40,958 nt of DNA from Candidatus Omnitrophota bacterium (GCA_016177155.1 JACOVU010000030.1:1-40958), one strand, 5' to 3'; counted from the first letter of the stretch, positions 7,064-17,761 are shown. Program-made: numbers and translations. The notes: generated from the letters alone by a model not told the origin.

Positions 7064-10029
7064 CAGGCATTCGTTGTAACCCAAGGCGAGTCTTTGGTCG
7101 TCTCCGATGGAGTGCCTTGTGGAAGAAAAACGGTAAAGGTAGAACCGCTGCCCTCTTGGCTTCTGATCCGCACATCGCCTTGGTGCGCTGCAACAATCCG
7201 CTTCACCAACGTGAGGCCAAGTCCTGTACTTTCTTCGTCTTCGGCTCCTACCTTTTCAATATGTTGAAATGGCTCAAAGATGCGGGCTAGATCTTCTTTT
7301 TTAATTCCAATTCCTGTATCTTGAACGTTGATTTGAACGCCAGTTTCATAATTTCTTGCATAAACCTTGATCTTGCCTCCTTTGAGGGTGTACTTAATGG
7401 CGTTGCTGACAAGATTATCCATCACTTCCCGCACTTTATCTGCATCACAGTAGATCTCTTTTAAATGGATATCCGTCTCAATGTCTAAAGTAAGGCCTTT
7501 TTTGTTTGCTTGGGGCTTAAAAATTAAAACTTCTTCTCGGAGAAGATCTCCCAAATTGGTCAATTCTTTATCCATTTTAACCTGGCCAGATTCAATCTTG
7601 GAAATATCAAGAAGCTCATTGAGCAAGCGATGCAAACGATCGGTAGACTCCTTCACGTAACCCAGAAATTCCTTCTGCTTCTCATTAATGGGGCCTACTT
7701 CATCTTGCAAAACTGCTTCCACATATCCCTTAATCGAAGTCAGCGGAGTTCGAAGCTCATGAGAAGCGGCCGAAATGAAATGCGATTTCATGGCGTCCAG
7801 CTCTCTCAACTGCTGGTTGGCTTTTTTAAGCTCTCGAGAGGAGTGATCTAACTCCTCGTTAGAACGCGCGAGGTCTTGGACGGCGTCTTTAAGTTTTTCT
7901 TCCACTTCCTTACTCTTCGTAATATCCACCCCTGTCGCAATGATGTGAACCACGGTGCCGTGGCGACTGAGTAATACGGTATTCGACCATGCAATAACAC
8001 GCTGGCTTTTATCTTTCGCAACCCAATGACTCTCATAATTAGTAGGAAATTGTCCCGCTAAAAGTCTGGCAAAAATCACCTTTATCTTTTCCACTTCTTC
8101 AGCCACTAAAAAGAGGTCCCAAAATTTTTCTCCTCTGACTTCATCTGCTTTGTAACCGCTCGTCTGTTCACAAGCACGATTGAATCGGGCAACCCGCCCC
8201 TCCGTATCAAGAATCATCACCAGTGCACTCGCCGTATCCAAAACAGCGGAAACGAAATTTCGTTCCTGATTCAAGGCTTCCGCCACTTGTTTTGATTCGG
8301 TAATGTTCACCATAACACCCCTGAGTTTCGTGGCCTCGCCATTTTCAACTACAACCGTCACCATATCCCGAAGCCAAATCGTTTGACCGTCTGTTGTAAT
8401 CATACGGTATTCAAATTGATTCGCTTCCTTTTTCTGAGCTACTTGAGCACGGAACGCAACCGCTGCTTCACGGTCTCCTCCATGAATATGATCCTGCCAG
8501 AAAGTTGGCTCTTGAAACCAAGTCTCGACAGGATAACCCAGGATTCGTTCGGTTTGCTGGCTGATAAAAGAAAACCTCGAGGCGGCAAGATCAAATTCCC
8601 AAACAATACCGTCGATCGAATTGACGAGGGTCAAGAAATTCTCCTGAGTTTTCCTTAAGAACTCTTCCCGCTTCTTAATCGTATCCAACTCGCTTTTTAA
8701 CGCTTCGCTTAATTGTGTAATCTCCTTGGTTCTTTCGCGAATTCTTTTTTCCACCTGCTCATGGACCTCGCGAAGCGCCTCTTCAGCGCGCTTCCGCTGA
8801 ACCACGGAACCCAATTGGGTCGTTACGGTCGTCACTAAATCAACGAGTCGTTTATCCTGAGATTTGGAATTACTGAGCAGAAAAACCACCACGGCCAACA
8901 CTTGGCCATCCACCACCATGGGAACCCCTAAAGCGGCCTTCACCCCAGCTTCTTGTGCGATTTGGATGGGGAAGAAACTTGCTTCTGAAATAAGCGAAAC
9001 GTCGTCAATCCATTCCGCTTCTTTAGAAATCCATACCCGACCTGGAAGTCCTAAGTTTGGCGGGAATCGAAGTTCGCGACTAATCCTGTGAAATTCTTCA
9101 AATTGGTCTCGTCCATACCAGGAAGGACCACATTCTAAAACTTTTCCATCCGAACGCGGAATCCAAACCTCACCATAGTCCCATCCTGCAACCTCGCAAA
9201 TCTTACGGATGGCGATTTCAAGCGCCGAATGAAAATCCGCCGTCTTCCCAAGATCCTGCATAATCATTGGAATGAGGCGAAGCTGCTCTTCCGCTCGTCT
9301 CTGTTCGGTAATATCTTGTCCATGGATGAGAATTCCATTCACATGGGGATAACGAAGCAAATTCCTCACAGAAATTTTGAGAACCCGCCATGAACCGTCT
9401 TGATGACGAAATCTCAAATCAAAGGTTTGGAACTCGACCGTTTCTCGGCGGCGGGAAATCAACTCTTTTGCTTTAGAAACGTCGTTCGGATGGATCAATC
9501 CCGTAAGGTTCCCGCCAATGAGCGACCCTTGTCGATAGCCGAGAGTGCGTTCAAGCGAAGGCCCCATAAAGCGGAATTTTCCTTGCCCGTCCAAAATAAT
9601 AAGAAGCTCTGAACTTCCTTCCATTAAGGTTTGGAAATAGGTTTCTTTTTCTTCAAGGCTGGCGCGTACTTTATCACGCTCTGTAACGCGACTCTCAATC
9701 AGCTTAGGAATAAACCACCAGAGAGCACTGATGGCGAAGAGAGCCGAAATGGCAGCCACAACTTTGACAATTCCTTCAAGGATATAAACTCGATGCCAAG
9801 GAGCTAAAAACCTGAAGACATGAATCACCCCTCCTAAAATGCAAAAGAGGGCAAAAGACACCAATACCCAACGAAACTTTAAGTCCTTTTGAGTTCTCAG
9901 ATAGTAAAAGAGGACGACGGGAACCAAAAAATAAGCGAAAGCAATGAGTAGATCAGTCGCGGCATGAACCCACAACATCTCAGGGAAAGATGAGAACGAA
10001 TGATCAAAAAAAGATTTCAGCATGGTCAT
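7063..10029 (-). CDS. Multi-sensor histidine kinase (membrane N-terminus, PAS, GAF, two PAS, HisKA, HATPase_c)
   Basis: N-terminal hydrophobic helices. PAS-like and GAF-like blocks are separated by coiled coils. H-box SHELRTPLTSI. N and G boxes (DNLVSNAIKYT, DTGIGI, GLGLTLVKRIV). Confidence 0.9.
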   Translation of the reverse strand: MTMLKSFFDHSFSSFPEMLWVHAATDLLIAFAYFLVPVVLFYYLRTQKDLKFRWVLVSFALFCILGGVIHVFRFLAPWHRVYILEGIVKVVAAISALFAISALWWFIPKLIESRVTERDKVRASLEEKETYFQTLMEGSSELLIILDGQGKFRFMGPSLERTLGYRQGSLIGGNLTGLIHPNDVSKAKELISRRRETVEFQTFDLRFRHQDGSWRVLKISVRNLLRYPHVNGILIHGQDITEQRRAEEQLRLIPMIMQDLGKTADFHSALEIAIRKICEVAGWDYGEVWIPRSDGKVLECGPSWYGRDQFEEFHRISRELRFPPNLGLPGRVWISKEAEWIDDVSLISEASFFPIQIAQEAGVKAALGVPMVVDGQVLAVVVFLLSNSKSQDKRLVDLVTTVTTQLGSVVQRKRAEEALREVHEQVEKRIRERTKEITQLSEALKSELDTIKKREEFLRKTQENFLTLVNSIDGIVWEFDLAASRFSFISQQTERILGYPVETWFQEPTFWQDHIHGGDREAAVAFRAQVAQKKEANQFEYRMITTDGQTIWLRDMVTVVVENGEATKLRGVMVNITESKQVAEALNQERNFVSAVLDTASALVMILDTEGRVARFNRACEQTSGYKADEVRGEKFWDLFLVAEEVEKIKVIFARLLAGQFPTNYESHWVAKDKSQRVIAWSNTVLLSRHGTVVHIIATGVDITKSKEVEEKLKDAVQDLARSNEELDHSSRELKKANQQLRELDAMKSHFISAASHELRTPLTSIKGYVEAVLQDEVGPINEKQKEFLGYVKESTDRLHRLLNELLDISKIESGQVKMDKELTNLGDLLREEVLIFKPQANKKGLTLDIETDIHLKEIYCDADKVREVMDNLVSNAIKYTLKGGKIKVYARNYETGVQINVQDTGIGIKKEDLARIFEPFQHIEKVGAEDEESTGLGLTLVKRIVAAHQGDVRIRSQEGSGSTFTVFLPQGTPSETTKDSPWVTTNA

Positions 10030-10115
10030 TCTCCGATCTTGGTTTCGCTGGCTCTTAACATAAGGGAGGGTATTGTAGCACTTTTTCTAAAAGAGGGAAT
10101 AAATTTCACGGAGAA

Positions 10116-10643
10116 TCAATCCGCCTTTTGGGAGAAAAGAGGCTTAAACTGGCCGTAGCCTTCCTTTTCCAAATCCTTCGCGGGGATAAACCGAAGCGCA
10201 GCGGAATTAATGCAGTAACGTTTTCCCATCGGATGAGGTCCGTCATCAAACACATGGCCCAAATGGCAGCTCGCTCCTTTGCTCCGAACCTCGGTTCGTT
10301 CCATCCCAAGTTTACGATCTTCTCGCTCCATCACATTCTCGGGCATGAGAGGTTTCGTAAATGATGGCCACCCTGTTCCCGAATCAAATTTGTCCAGAGA
10401 GCTGAACAAAGGCTCACCCGTAACGACATCGACATAAATCCCAGGTTCTTTGTTGTTCCAAAATTCGTTCTGAAAAGCAGGCTCTGTCCCTTCTTCCTGC
10501 GTCACGTGGTACTGGAGGGGGGTAAGTTTAGCTTTGAGTTCTTGTTTTAACGACTTTTTCTCTGACACGAGAGTTCCTCCTTGAGCGAAACCGAATCCCA
10601 TTACCCCATACCATAGAAACAGGATGATTAGGAATTTTATCAT
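10116..10643 (-). CDS. msrB: Peptide-methionine (R)-S-oxide reductase MsrB with signal peptide
   Basis: GTGWPSF and RYCINSAAL catalytic motifs. N-terminal hydrophobic signal. The start overlaps the addB stop in an ATGA. Confidence 0.9.
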   Translation of the reverse strand: MIKFLIILFLWYGVMGFGFAQGGTLVSEKKSLKQELKAKLTPLQYHVTQEEGTEPAFQNEFWNNKEPGIYVDVVTGEPLFSSLDKFDSGTGWPSFTKPLMPENVMEREDRKLGMERTEVRSKGASCHLGHVFDDGPHPMGKRYCINSAALRFIPAKDLEKEGYGQFKPLFSQKAD

Positions 10644-13600
10644 ACCTTAGGTGTTTTCGCTTTTTCTTTATCTTCTTCTTCAATTTCGCGGTAGATGTGT
10701 TCTAACCGCCACTTTTCGATTCGGCAAACGGCAGAATAAGGACAATAGGGTACGCAATCTCTTGGGCGAACAGGAATTTTGATCTGTTCAATTGCTTCAA
10801 CGAATCTTTCTGCAAACGACACCGAACGCTCGAGACAAGACTCAAATTCTTTCTCGTCTAAGGAAACGCCTTTTCGAGTGCTGACACCCGCTTGTTTCAA
10901 ATGATCCCGATGATGAAACCCGCTTGACTTAGCTGTCGCGAGCGAATAAAGGTGGCCCCCCAAAGGCAAAAGTCCCAGCTTTTCCCGTACTGCAATTAAA
11001 TAAAGCGGCAGTTGAAGTGCTGTGCCGTTAGCCAGTGAATGAAATTGAAACGGTTTTCCTGTCTTGTAATCAATGACGAGCGCAAATCGCTCATGAGGAT
11101 CAAGATCGATTCGGTCTATTTTCCCGCGAAACACCATCGTTCGACGAACCCCTTTTAAAACTAAATCCCGAAATTCATATTCAAAATATCGCGGAATAAG
11201 CCCTGCAATCGGCGGTTTTCCTTCTAGGAGCTCAACCTTTAAGATTTGAACAATCCATTCCTCCATTTTTTTTCGTTCAAGTTCAATCTTGTAATAACGA
11301 TCTCCCTGAAGAGGCTCTTCCTGCCAGAGTTCCCTAAGCCTCTGCAAAGCATGGGCCACCGCTTCTTCAAAACGAGGAGGCCGTTTTCGTTCCCCTTTCC
11401 AACGGAAAAAATCTTCCAAGGTATCATGAAGGATCGTTCCCCGCCGTCTAATGTCGACTCCTTCTGCTTGAGACTCTAACTGAAGAACCCGGTTTGAGAA
11501 ATAACGGTAAGGACATTCAGCATATTCTTCAATGGGGGTAGGACTCCACATCCCTTTCTTGGGAAGAAAACTAGGTTTTATGCGTTCATCTATAATCATC
11601 CCTTCAATGGGCTCAAGCAACCGCTGAATAAGTGATTGAAAGCGTGGGACTGTTATTAAATGATTGTACAGAGCGAGGCTCACACGATCTTCACGATGAT
11701 CCCATCTGCCCCAAAGACCGAAAACCACATGGTTTTCCGCTTCTTCCCTGATGGCGACTTCATCCCAGGATGGAAGAATGTCTGTGATCGGCTGTTCTTT
11801 AACCGCAATCTCGCCCTTGAACAGTGCACGTACTTCATCCACATAGAAGGAAGGAAGTGCTTCCTTCCCCTCCAAATTGAAACGAGGATAAGTAAGAATC
11901 AAGTGCTCACTGGCACGGGTAACTGCCATGTAGAAAAGAAATCTCTCAAGCGCCTGGCGCGGAAGCCGTTCCTTCAAGACTTCCCCGTGTTCATTGAGCG
12001 TGCGACGTTCCAAGTCTGAAAAAATGGGATCTTCCCTGATCTGCACAGGAAATTGTTTCTCAAGCAGCCCCGCTAGGAAAACGACTTTGTATTCCTTCTG
12101 CCGCGCGAGGGACACGTTATAAATCTGGATTCTATTCTTATCACGACTGTGAACCGAATAAAGATCCACCTCCATCAATGCAAGAAGTTCGCGGATGAAA
12201 TCCTTCGTGTCTGTAACGTGCCACGTTCGAGTTTTTGTCCTCACCTCATCCAAAAGGAGGAGAATTCGCCTGGCTGCCTCCCGATCCATCCGGATTTTTT
12301 CTCCCATCGAATCTGGAAAATCGAGAAGCCCAAAATGACTCATCACTTTTTTTGCCCAGGAAGCAAAAACCTCAGCCGATCGAATCTTAAGAAACTCATC
12401 TTCAAAGCGAGCGATCTCTTGGAATACTTGGGATTCAGGGAAACTTTCAAGCCAGTACGTTCGATCTCGAAATACACCCTTTTCAAGCGCGCGGAGTTCC
12501 AGTTCGCAAACAAGTTCATAATCCCGACGGACATAACTCGACTTCAAAAAATTGAACATATCTTCACGCGTCCAATCGCTCAGAAGAATTTTGAGAAAAC
12601 TGGAAAATGTGGAGGCAAGTGGACTTGTTCTCAAGCGGAATCGCTCATGAATTTCATAAGGAATCCCGAATTTCCGAAATACGCTCTGCAAGGTAGGAAG
12701 ATAAGGATCAGTCGTTCGAAATAAAACCGCAATATCGCTAAAATGATAATCATGAGCCCTTACCAAACGTTTGATTTCGCGAGCAATCATTTCCATCTCA
12801 CCTAAAAACCCTGTGGCTTCAAAAATCTGAATGGCGGAACTGGAGGCAATCTGACCGATCCTTCCTTCCTTAAAAATATTTTTCTCAAGATGCGAGAGCG
12901 CTTGATTCTGAGCCCGATGGTTTTTCCCATCGATCCATTGTTTCACAAATCCCATATCCTCAAGAGCTGACTGAGTTTCAGAAACAATTTGAAAAAGAGA
13001 ACTCCTCATCGGATCTTGATCTAGAGTCAGCGTGATCACCACTTGGTCTGAATGTCTGGTGAGGAACTCGATAAAGGCGAGTTGCAGCTTCGAAAAATCA
13101 GAAAATCCATCGATCCAAACGGCTTTAAGCTCGGGTGCCTGAAACTCTCCTCGACTCAAACCGGCGTCAAGTAGCTCGAGAGAATCACGCTGGTCAATGA
13201 GGTTTCTTTTCCTAAGCTCTCCGTCGTAAGCTTTATAAATGTGGACGAGATCGTCATATTTAAATGCAAACTCGGGAAAACGTTTCTTAAGCTCTTCCAG
13301 CTTTCTTTCAAATTCACTAGGACGAACTAGATATTCTTTAAGTTCAATGATCATCCGCCCCGCGAGTTCGAGGAATCCAGAAGTTTGAAGTCCCCTCTTA
13401 AAATAGTTGAACTCCAACTTTGAAAATACTTCTTTCAAAATCAAAAGGCGCGTGACATCGGTCGCATAGTCCAGACCGCCGAGCTTTAGAAATTCGCGCA
13501 GCGCTCGGTCAAAAGTGGTGATGCGCCTTTGGAAGAATCCTGGCAATCCACGTCTTAAAATCAAATCAATGGTTCGTGCACGATGTTCAGCGGTAGGAAG

Positions 13601-13768
13601 GATAAAAAGGAGATCGTCTCGTAACTCTGGGAACTGTCCCTGGGGACTGTCCCTGGGGACTGTCCCCCATTTTAAGGCTTCTTCAAAAGCTTCGGTACAA
13701 GCCTCCGTCTTCCCGCAACCTGCAGGACCTGCAAGAAGAATAAGGTTTGGTTTCGAGTTTTGAATCAC
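10640..13768 (-). CDS. addB: AddB/RexB-like helicase-nuclease subunit (Walker A N-terminus, C-terminal PD-(D/E)XK nuclease with Fe-S cysteines)
   Basis: [11 protein letters not shown] near the N-terminus. The C-terminus has ECPYRYF ... GKIDRID ... DYKTG ... [11 protein letters not shown], the four-Cys iron-staple pattern of AddB. A GTG at 13768 forms a GTGA overlap with the queD stop. The track start is at 13807. Confidence 0.75.
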   Translation of the reverse strand: MIQNSKPNLILLAGPAGCGKTEACTEAFEEALKWGTVPRDSPQGQFPELRDDLLFILPTAEHRARTIDLILRRGLPGFFQRRITTFDRALREFLKLGGLDYATDVTRLLILKEVFSKLEFNYFKRGLQTSGFLELAGRMIIELKEYLVRPSEFERKLEELKKRFPEFAFKYDDLVHIYKAYDGELRKRNLIDQRDSLELLDAGLSRGEFQAPELKAVWIDGFSDFSKLQLAFIEFLTRHSDQVVITLTLDQDPMRSSLFQIVSETQSALEDMGFVKQWIDGKNHRAQNQALSHLEKNIFKEGRIGQIASSSAIQIFEATGFLGEMEMIAREIKRLVRAHDYHFSDIAVLFRTTDPYLPTLQSVFRKFGIPYEIHERFRLRTSPLASTFSSFLKILLSDWTREDMFNFLKSSYVRRDYELVCELELRALEKGVFRDRTYWLESFPESQVFQEIARFEDEFLKIRSAEVFASWAKKVMSHFGLLDFPDSMGEKIRMDREAARRILLLLDEVRTKTRTWHVTDTKDFIRELLALMEVDLYSVHSRDKNRIQIYNVSLARQKEYKVVFLAGLLEKQFPVQIREDPIFSDLERRTLNEHGEVLKERLPRQALERFLFYMAVTRASEHLILTYPRFNLEGKEALPSFYVDEVRALFKGEIAVKEQPITDILPSWDEVAIREEAENHVVFGLWGRWDHREDRVSLALYNHLITVPRFQSLIQRLLEPIEGMIIDERIKPSFLPKKGMWSPTPIEEYAECPYRYFSNRVLQLESQAEGVDIRRRGTILHDTLEDFFRWKGERKRPPRFEEAVAHALQRLRELWQEEPLQGDRYYKIELERKKMEEWIVQILKVELLEGKPPIAGLIPRYFEYEFRDLVLKGVRRTMVFRGKIDRIDLDPHERFALVIDYKTGKPFQFHSLANGTALQLPLYLIAVREKLGLLPLGGHLYSLATAKSSGFHHRDHLKQAGVSTRKGVSLDEKEFESCLERSVSFAERFVEAIEQIKIPVRPRDCVPYCPYSAVCRIEKWRLEHIYREIEEEDKEKAKTPKV
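13627..13665. repeat. 13-bp tandem repeat x3 inside addB
   Basis: ctgggaactgtcc / ctggggactgtcc / ctggggactgtcc. The total of 39 bp keeps the frame and encodes part of [15 protein letters not shown]. Confidence 0.9.
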
Positions 13769-14169
13769 GTTCCGCGGTAGGTTGCAAATGAACTTTCGGT
13801 TTCCCAAAGCGTGACGCGCATGACGGGAAGTTTTTGAGATCTTGTGTAATCAAAAATAAGCCTGGCGATTGATTCAGCCGTTGGATTTTCATCCATCACA
13901 TAGAAACGCTCTTTTTTCTCCTTAAGAAGCGGAATTAAGGGATCGTCCTTTCTGAGGAGCATCGTATGGTCCAGCGTTCGATCGATCCAATCTTTAATAG
14001 CATTCTTAATTTCCGAGAAATCGACCACCATTCCCCGGCCATCCAGCTTTTCACGTTCGAGCTCAACTTCCACTTTTCCGTTGTGACCGTGGAGGTACTT
14101 ACACGGCCCATCATAATTCATAAGACGGTGGCCATAGCAGAAATAGATCTCTTTGGTGACGGTATACAT
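13765..14169 (-). CDS. queD: 6-carboxytetrahydropterin synthase / 6-pyruvoyl-tetrahydropterin synthase family
   Basis: CYGHRL ... HGHN Zn and catalytic motifs. Length of 134 aa is typical of QueD/PTPS. Confidence 0.85.
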   Translation of the reverse strand: MYTVTKEIYFCYGHRLMNYDGPCKYLHGHNGKVEVELEREKLDGRGMVVDFSEIKNAIKDWIDRTLDHTMLLRKDDPLIPLLKEKKERFYVMDENPTAESIARLIFDYTRSQKLPVMRVTLWETESSFATYRGT

Positions 14170-14170
14170 C

Positions 14171-14587
14171 TTAATCGTTTCGCTTCAAACGGGGCGTGAG
14201 TGTCGTGGTGCTCGTGAATAATGGATTGTGTTGAGAGAGCTGAACATCATTGGAAAAAGTGGGCGACTGATTGAGTCCGTAACCTGTTCTCGCGTTATAA
14301 GCTCCGTTCCAACCCAGGCGTTCTGAGTTTAAACGGCCGGGAATCGGAATGTTCTGTTGAAGGCTTGCTCCGCTTACTCCAGCATTCAGAGAAGGTCCGC
14401 TTCCGAATTGAGTGGAATAGCTGGGTGCAGATTGATGAAGGGCTCCTTGGGGATTCCCCTGCGCCAATTGGGTAAGAGCGCCTGTGCCCCTCTTGGCCCA
14501 CTCGTCATAAGCCTCGGCAAACACAGAGTGCGGCATGGTAAAAAGGTAGGCAATGGTAAGAACAGCAAAGCCGAAATTCTTGATCAT
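14171..14587 (-). CDS. Secreted low-complexity hypothetical protein
   Basis: Signal peptide (MIKNFGFAVLTIAYLFTMPHSVFA), then a Gly/Ser/Asn/Gln-rich sequence. It ends 1 nt before the queD start. Confidence 0.5.
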   Translation of the reverse strand: MIKNFGFAVLTIAYLFTMPHSVFAEAYDEWAKRGTGALTQLAQGNPQGALHQSAPSYSTQFGSGPSLNAGVSGASLQQNIPIPGRLNSERLGWNGAYNARTGYGLNQSPTFSNDVQLSQHNPLFTSTTTLTPRLKRND

Positions 14588-14720
14588 ACGTTCACCGGTA
14601 CGTGATTCTAGGGTACAGGAAATTATGAAAAGTTACAAGAGGTTACTCCGTAACTGAAGTGAGAAATTTCCCTTTTAAAAAAGAGATTTATCCATACTAT
14701 ATACGATACAGATCGTACCT

Positions 14721-15110
14721 ATGGCGGATCAAACCCAATTACTTCAATTCCTGGTTTGCAGGGACTTTCGTGAGGAAAAGCAGGATTTCTTCACTGCCGA
14801 ATCCGTCCACAGTAATATCTATGTCCATCGCTTCCCCGCCACCCTGAAAAACTTTTATGTGGTCACTTGCTGGCGAAAGGACGAAAAATTTCATAAGGAA
14901 GTGATCGAATTTGAAACAGCTTATGGAGAAGTGATCCGAACCGCCCATACGGATATCGAGCCCATTAGTGATAGCGTCCTTTTTCGCTGGCACAAACATC
15001 CCTTTCCAGAGGATTTTAAAATTAAAGAGTCAACCACGCTCACGGTTCGGGTTTATCTCGACAACCAACCCCGGTTTGAATCCTATCTCCTCATCGAAAA
15101 GAAGAGTTAA
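14721..15110 (+). CDS. Hypothetical small soluble protein, paralog of 706-1110
   Basis: 129-aa ORF with a matching layout: (I/V)C(D/R) near the N-terminus, H(Q/R)FPA, and an alternating beta-like C-terminal half ending in an FP(H/E) segment. Confidence 0.55.
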   Translation: MADQTQLLQFLVCRDFREEKQDFFTAESVHSNIYVHRFPATLKNFYVVTCWRKDEKFHKEVIEFETAYGEVIRTAHTDIEPISDSVLFRWHKHPFPEDFKIKESTTLTVRVYLDNQPRFESYLLIEKKS

Positions 15111-15154
15111 GCTGACTTGTCTCTTAAGGAATTTCCCGATATACTGTGCCTCTT

Positions 15155-16558
15155 ATGGCCAGGACTTTGTTCGAAAAAATTTGGGATCGACATGTCGTCA
15201 CCATCTTACCGGACGGAACGGTACTGCTCTACATTGACCGTCATTTAGTCCATGAAGTAACCAGCCCTCAAGCATTTGAAGGACTTCGCCTTGCTCGCAC
15301 CAAGGTCAGGCGGCCTGAACTGACATTCGCCACCATGGATCACAATGTTCCCACGGATGATCGTATGAACATTAAAGACCCGATCTCAAAAGCCCAAATC
15401 GAAGCGCTTGCCGAAAATGCGCGCGAGTTCGGAATTACGCTCTACGACCTAAAGAGTGATCAACAAGGTATTGTCCACATCATTGGACCAGAACTTGGGA
15501 TTACCCTCCCTGGGACAACCATCGTCTGTGGCGACTCACACACCTCAACGCATGGAGCATTCGGAACGCTCGCCTTTGGAATCGGTACTTCTGAGGTAGA
15601 ACACGTTCTTGCCACTCAGTGTCTTCGCCAAAAGAAACCTAAAACCTTCAAGGTTGAATTCAAAGGAAAGCTCAAACCTTGGGTCGCCGCTAAAGACATG
15701 ATTTTAAAATTAATCGGTGCGATCGGCACTGCTGGCGGGACGGGCTATGTTTTGGAATATGGCGGTGAAGCGATTGGGCCGCTTTCCATGGAAGCGCGCA
15801 TGACGGTTTGCAACATGTCGATTGAAGCGGGCGCTCGTGCGGGAATGATTGCGCCCGACGATACGACGTTTCAATACATTGCAAGTGGAAACCGACCCTT
15901 TGCGCCAAAAGGCAAAGCGTTTGATGAATCCGTGGCATTTTGGAAAACGCTTCCGACAGACCCCGACGCAAAGTATGACCGCGAACTTACCATTGATGCT
16001 TCTCTAATCACGCCTCAAGTCACTTGGGGAACAAATCCAGGCATGGTGATGGACGTTACGGGCCGCATTCCAGAACCGGACCAAGTTCCAGGTTATAGCC
16101 GAAAGGATGTGGAACAAGCGCTCAGCTATATGGGCTTAAAGCCAGGAACTCCGATTACGGAAATTAAAATTGATACGGTTTTTATCGGAAGCTGCACGAA
16201 CGCTCGAATCGAAGATTTGAGAACGGCTGCAAAAATTTTTAAAGGCCGGAAAGTTGCGCCTCGTGTACGGGTTCTTGTTGTACCCGGTTCACAACAAGTT
16301 AAAAAACAAGCGGAATCTGAAGGTCTCGACAAAATTTTTAAATCGGCAGGAGCTGAGTGGCGTGAATCAGGTTGCAGCATGTGCCTCGGAATGAATCCCG
16401 ATCAACTGAAACCGGGGGAACGTTCAGCGTCTACCTCAAACCGCAATTTTGAAGGTCGTCAAGGAAAAGGCGGACGCACACATCTCGTCAGCCCCGAAAT
16501 GGCCGCTGCTGCAGCCGTTACCGGTCATTTTGTAGACATCAGGAGCTTGCCCCGTTAG
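15155..16558 (+). CDS. leuC: 3-isopropylmalate dehydratase large subunit
   Basis: [14 protein letters not shown]-terminus. Aconitase-family Fe-S cysteines ([19 protein letters not shown]). The track start at 15146 is GTG, and the ATG is at 15155. Confidence 0.95.
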   Translation: MARTLFEKIWDRHVVTILPDGTVLLYIDRHLVHEVTSPQAFEGLRLARTKVRRPELTFATMDHNVPTDDRMNIKDPISKAQIEALAENAREFGITLYDLKSDQQGIVHIIGPELGITLPGTTIVCGDSHTSTHGAFGTLAFGIGTSEVEHVLATQCLRQKKPKTFKVEFKGKLKPWVAAKDMILKLIGAIGTAGGTGYVLEYGGEAIGPLSMEARMTVCNMSIEAGARAGMIAPDDTTFQYIASGNRPFAPKGKAFDESVAFWKTLPTDPDAKYDRELTIDASLITPQVTWGTNPGMVMDVTGRIPEPDQVPGYSRKDVEQALSYMGLKPGTPITEIKIDTVFIGSCTNARIEDLRTAAKIFKGRKVAPRVRVLVVPGSQQVKKQAESEGLDKIFKSAGAEWRESGCSMCLGMNPDQLKPGERSASTSNRNFEGRQGKGGRTHLVSPEMAAAAAVTGHFVDIRSLPR

Positions 16559-16670
16559 AGATAACAATTCACTGGGAGAACCTTATGAAACACAATAAAA
16601 ATAATAATCATTGCACTAGTTATCTAGATGATACGGAAACGCTGCGAGCGTTTCCTATCTCTAACGGGGC
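16549..16670. repeat. 15-bp perfect inverted repeat bracketing the leuC-leuD spacer
   Basis: gccccgttagagata (16549-16563) pairs with tatctctaacggggc (16656-16670). There is an inner hairpin ggaaacgc/gcgtttcc (16634-16654). An 18-nt direct copy ttgccccgttagagataa recurs at 28279-28296. Confidence 0.85.
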
Positions 16671-16683
16671 GGAGGCAATTTAA

Positions 16684-17316
16684 ATGGAAGTGTTTAAAAG
16701 TCATCGAGGAATTATGGTCACACTCGACCGCGCGAATGTCGATACGGACCAAATTATTCCAAAGCAATTCCTCAAATCAATTCAGCGAACTGGCTTTGAG
16801 AAAAATCTCTTCCACGATTGGCGCTATCTTTCTGACGGAAAACCAAATCCTGATTTTCCGCTCAATCAGGAACGTTTTAAGAAAGCTTCTATTTTGGTAG
16901 CGCGTAATAACTTCGGCTGCGGTTCAAGCCGCGAACATGCCGTTTGGGCCATCCAACAATATGGCTTTAAGGCAGTCTTCGCACCTCGCGCCGAACGCAA
17001 CGGAACGAGCATCCCTGCCTTTGCAGATATTTTCCGAAACAACAGCACGAAAAACGGGCTTCTCACTGTGGAATTAAAAGAGGCGGAGGTGGAAGAAATC
17101 TTTCAAATGGTGGACCGTTACACAGGTCTTGAGGCAACGGTTGATTTAGAACGCCAGCGCGTGACGCTTCATTTACCTGAGGAAATTTCATTTCATTTCG
17201 AAATTGATCCTTCCGTCAAAGAACACTTGGTCCGCGGCTTAGACGAAATCCGACAAACCTTGCAATTGGAACAGAACATCAAAGCTTTCGAAGACCGTCA
17301 CAATACTCAAAGGTAA
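16684..17316 (+). CDS. leuD: 3-isopropylmalate dehydratase small subunit
   Basis: VDTDQIIPKQFLK and GCGSSREHA motifs. Confidence 0.95.
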   Translation: MEVFKSHRGIMVTLDRANVDTDQIIPKQFLKSIQRTGFEKNLFHDWRYLSDGKPNPDFPLNQERFKKASILVARNNFGCGSSREHAVWAIQQYGFKAVFAPRAERNGTSIPAFADIFRNNSTKNGLLTVELKEAEVEEIFQMVDRYTGLEATVDLERQRVTLHLPEEISFHFEIDPSVKEHLVRGLDEIRQTLQLEQNIKAFEDRHNTQR

Positions 17317-17362
17317 AAGCCCGTTCGCCTAAGAGCCCTGGCGAGCGTTCGCGAGTCATCCA

Positions 17363-17761
17363 TCAAGTCAGAAAAGGAGTGACGCGTTGATAAAGCGGCG
17401 GACCAAGAATGATGAATCCGATGACAACTGCTCCCACGCACGCAATTAAAACTGCAGCAGCAGCAATGTCTTTGGCGCGCTTCACAATGCGAGAGTAGCG
17501 CTGGCCTATTACCAAATCGGCCATAATTTCAAGAACCGTGTTAAATGCTTCTGCCGCCCAAACGAGTGCGATGGCAACAATGATAAGCGCCCAACCCGGA
17601 CGATCGATATCAAGCCACCAAGCAAAATCGAGCGCAAGAATGGTCGCGAAGGCATGTACCCAAGCGTTGTGCTCTGTGAAGAGCATGTCTCGAAACCCTG
17701 CAAAGCCACGTTTAATGCTTTCAAACCGAGATCGAATCGAGAACCGTTGTTTTCCTTTCAT
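17363..17761 (-). CDS. dgkA: Diacylglycerol/undecaprenol kinase family (prokaryotic DAGK)
   Basis: 132 aa with three TM helices and AEAFNTVLEIMAD (E..NT.IE signature). Confidence 0.85.
   Translation of the reverse strand: MKGKQRFSIRSRFESIKRGFAGFRDMLFTEHNAWVHAFATILALDFAWWLDIDRPGWALIIVAIALVWAAEAFNTVLEIMADLVIGQRYSRIVKRAKDIAAAAVLIACVGAVVIGFIILGPPLYQRVTPFLT

Noticed and set aside
11908-11925. TGGCACgggtaacTGC sigma-54-like motif on the plus strand inside addB
   Set aside because: The GG to GC spacing is off by one. It lies antisense within a coding region and no gene lies downstream in that orientation.
11660-12724. Plus-strand ORFs of 119 and 191 aa inside addB. Similar antisense ORFs lie inside gltB (for example 37132-37788 and 36487-36822), the kinase and the TBDR.
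   Set aside because: All are antisense to long, motif-rich genes. They have no recognisable motifs and no SD, and have the composition typical of shadow frames.
10640-14169. queD next to a nuclease-helicase, plus a QueC-like gene at 31249, as a 7-deazaguanine DNA-modification (Dpd-like) system
   Set aside because: There is no DpdA/TGT-like transglycosylase, no queE/folE and no further Dpd-type helicase or ParB genes in the window. The two que genes are 17 kb apart in unrelated operons. This cannot be supported from the window alone.
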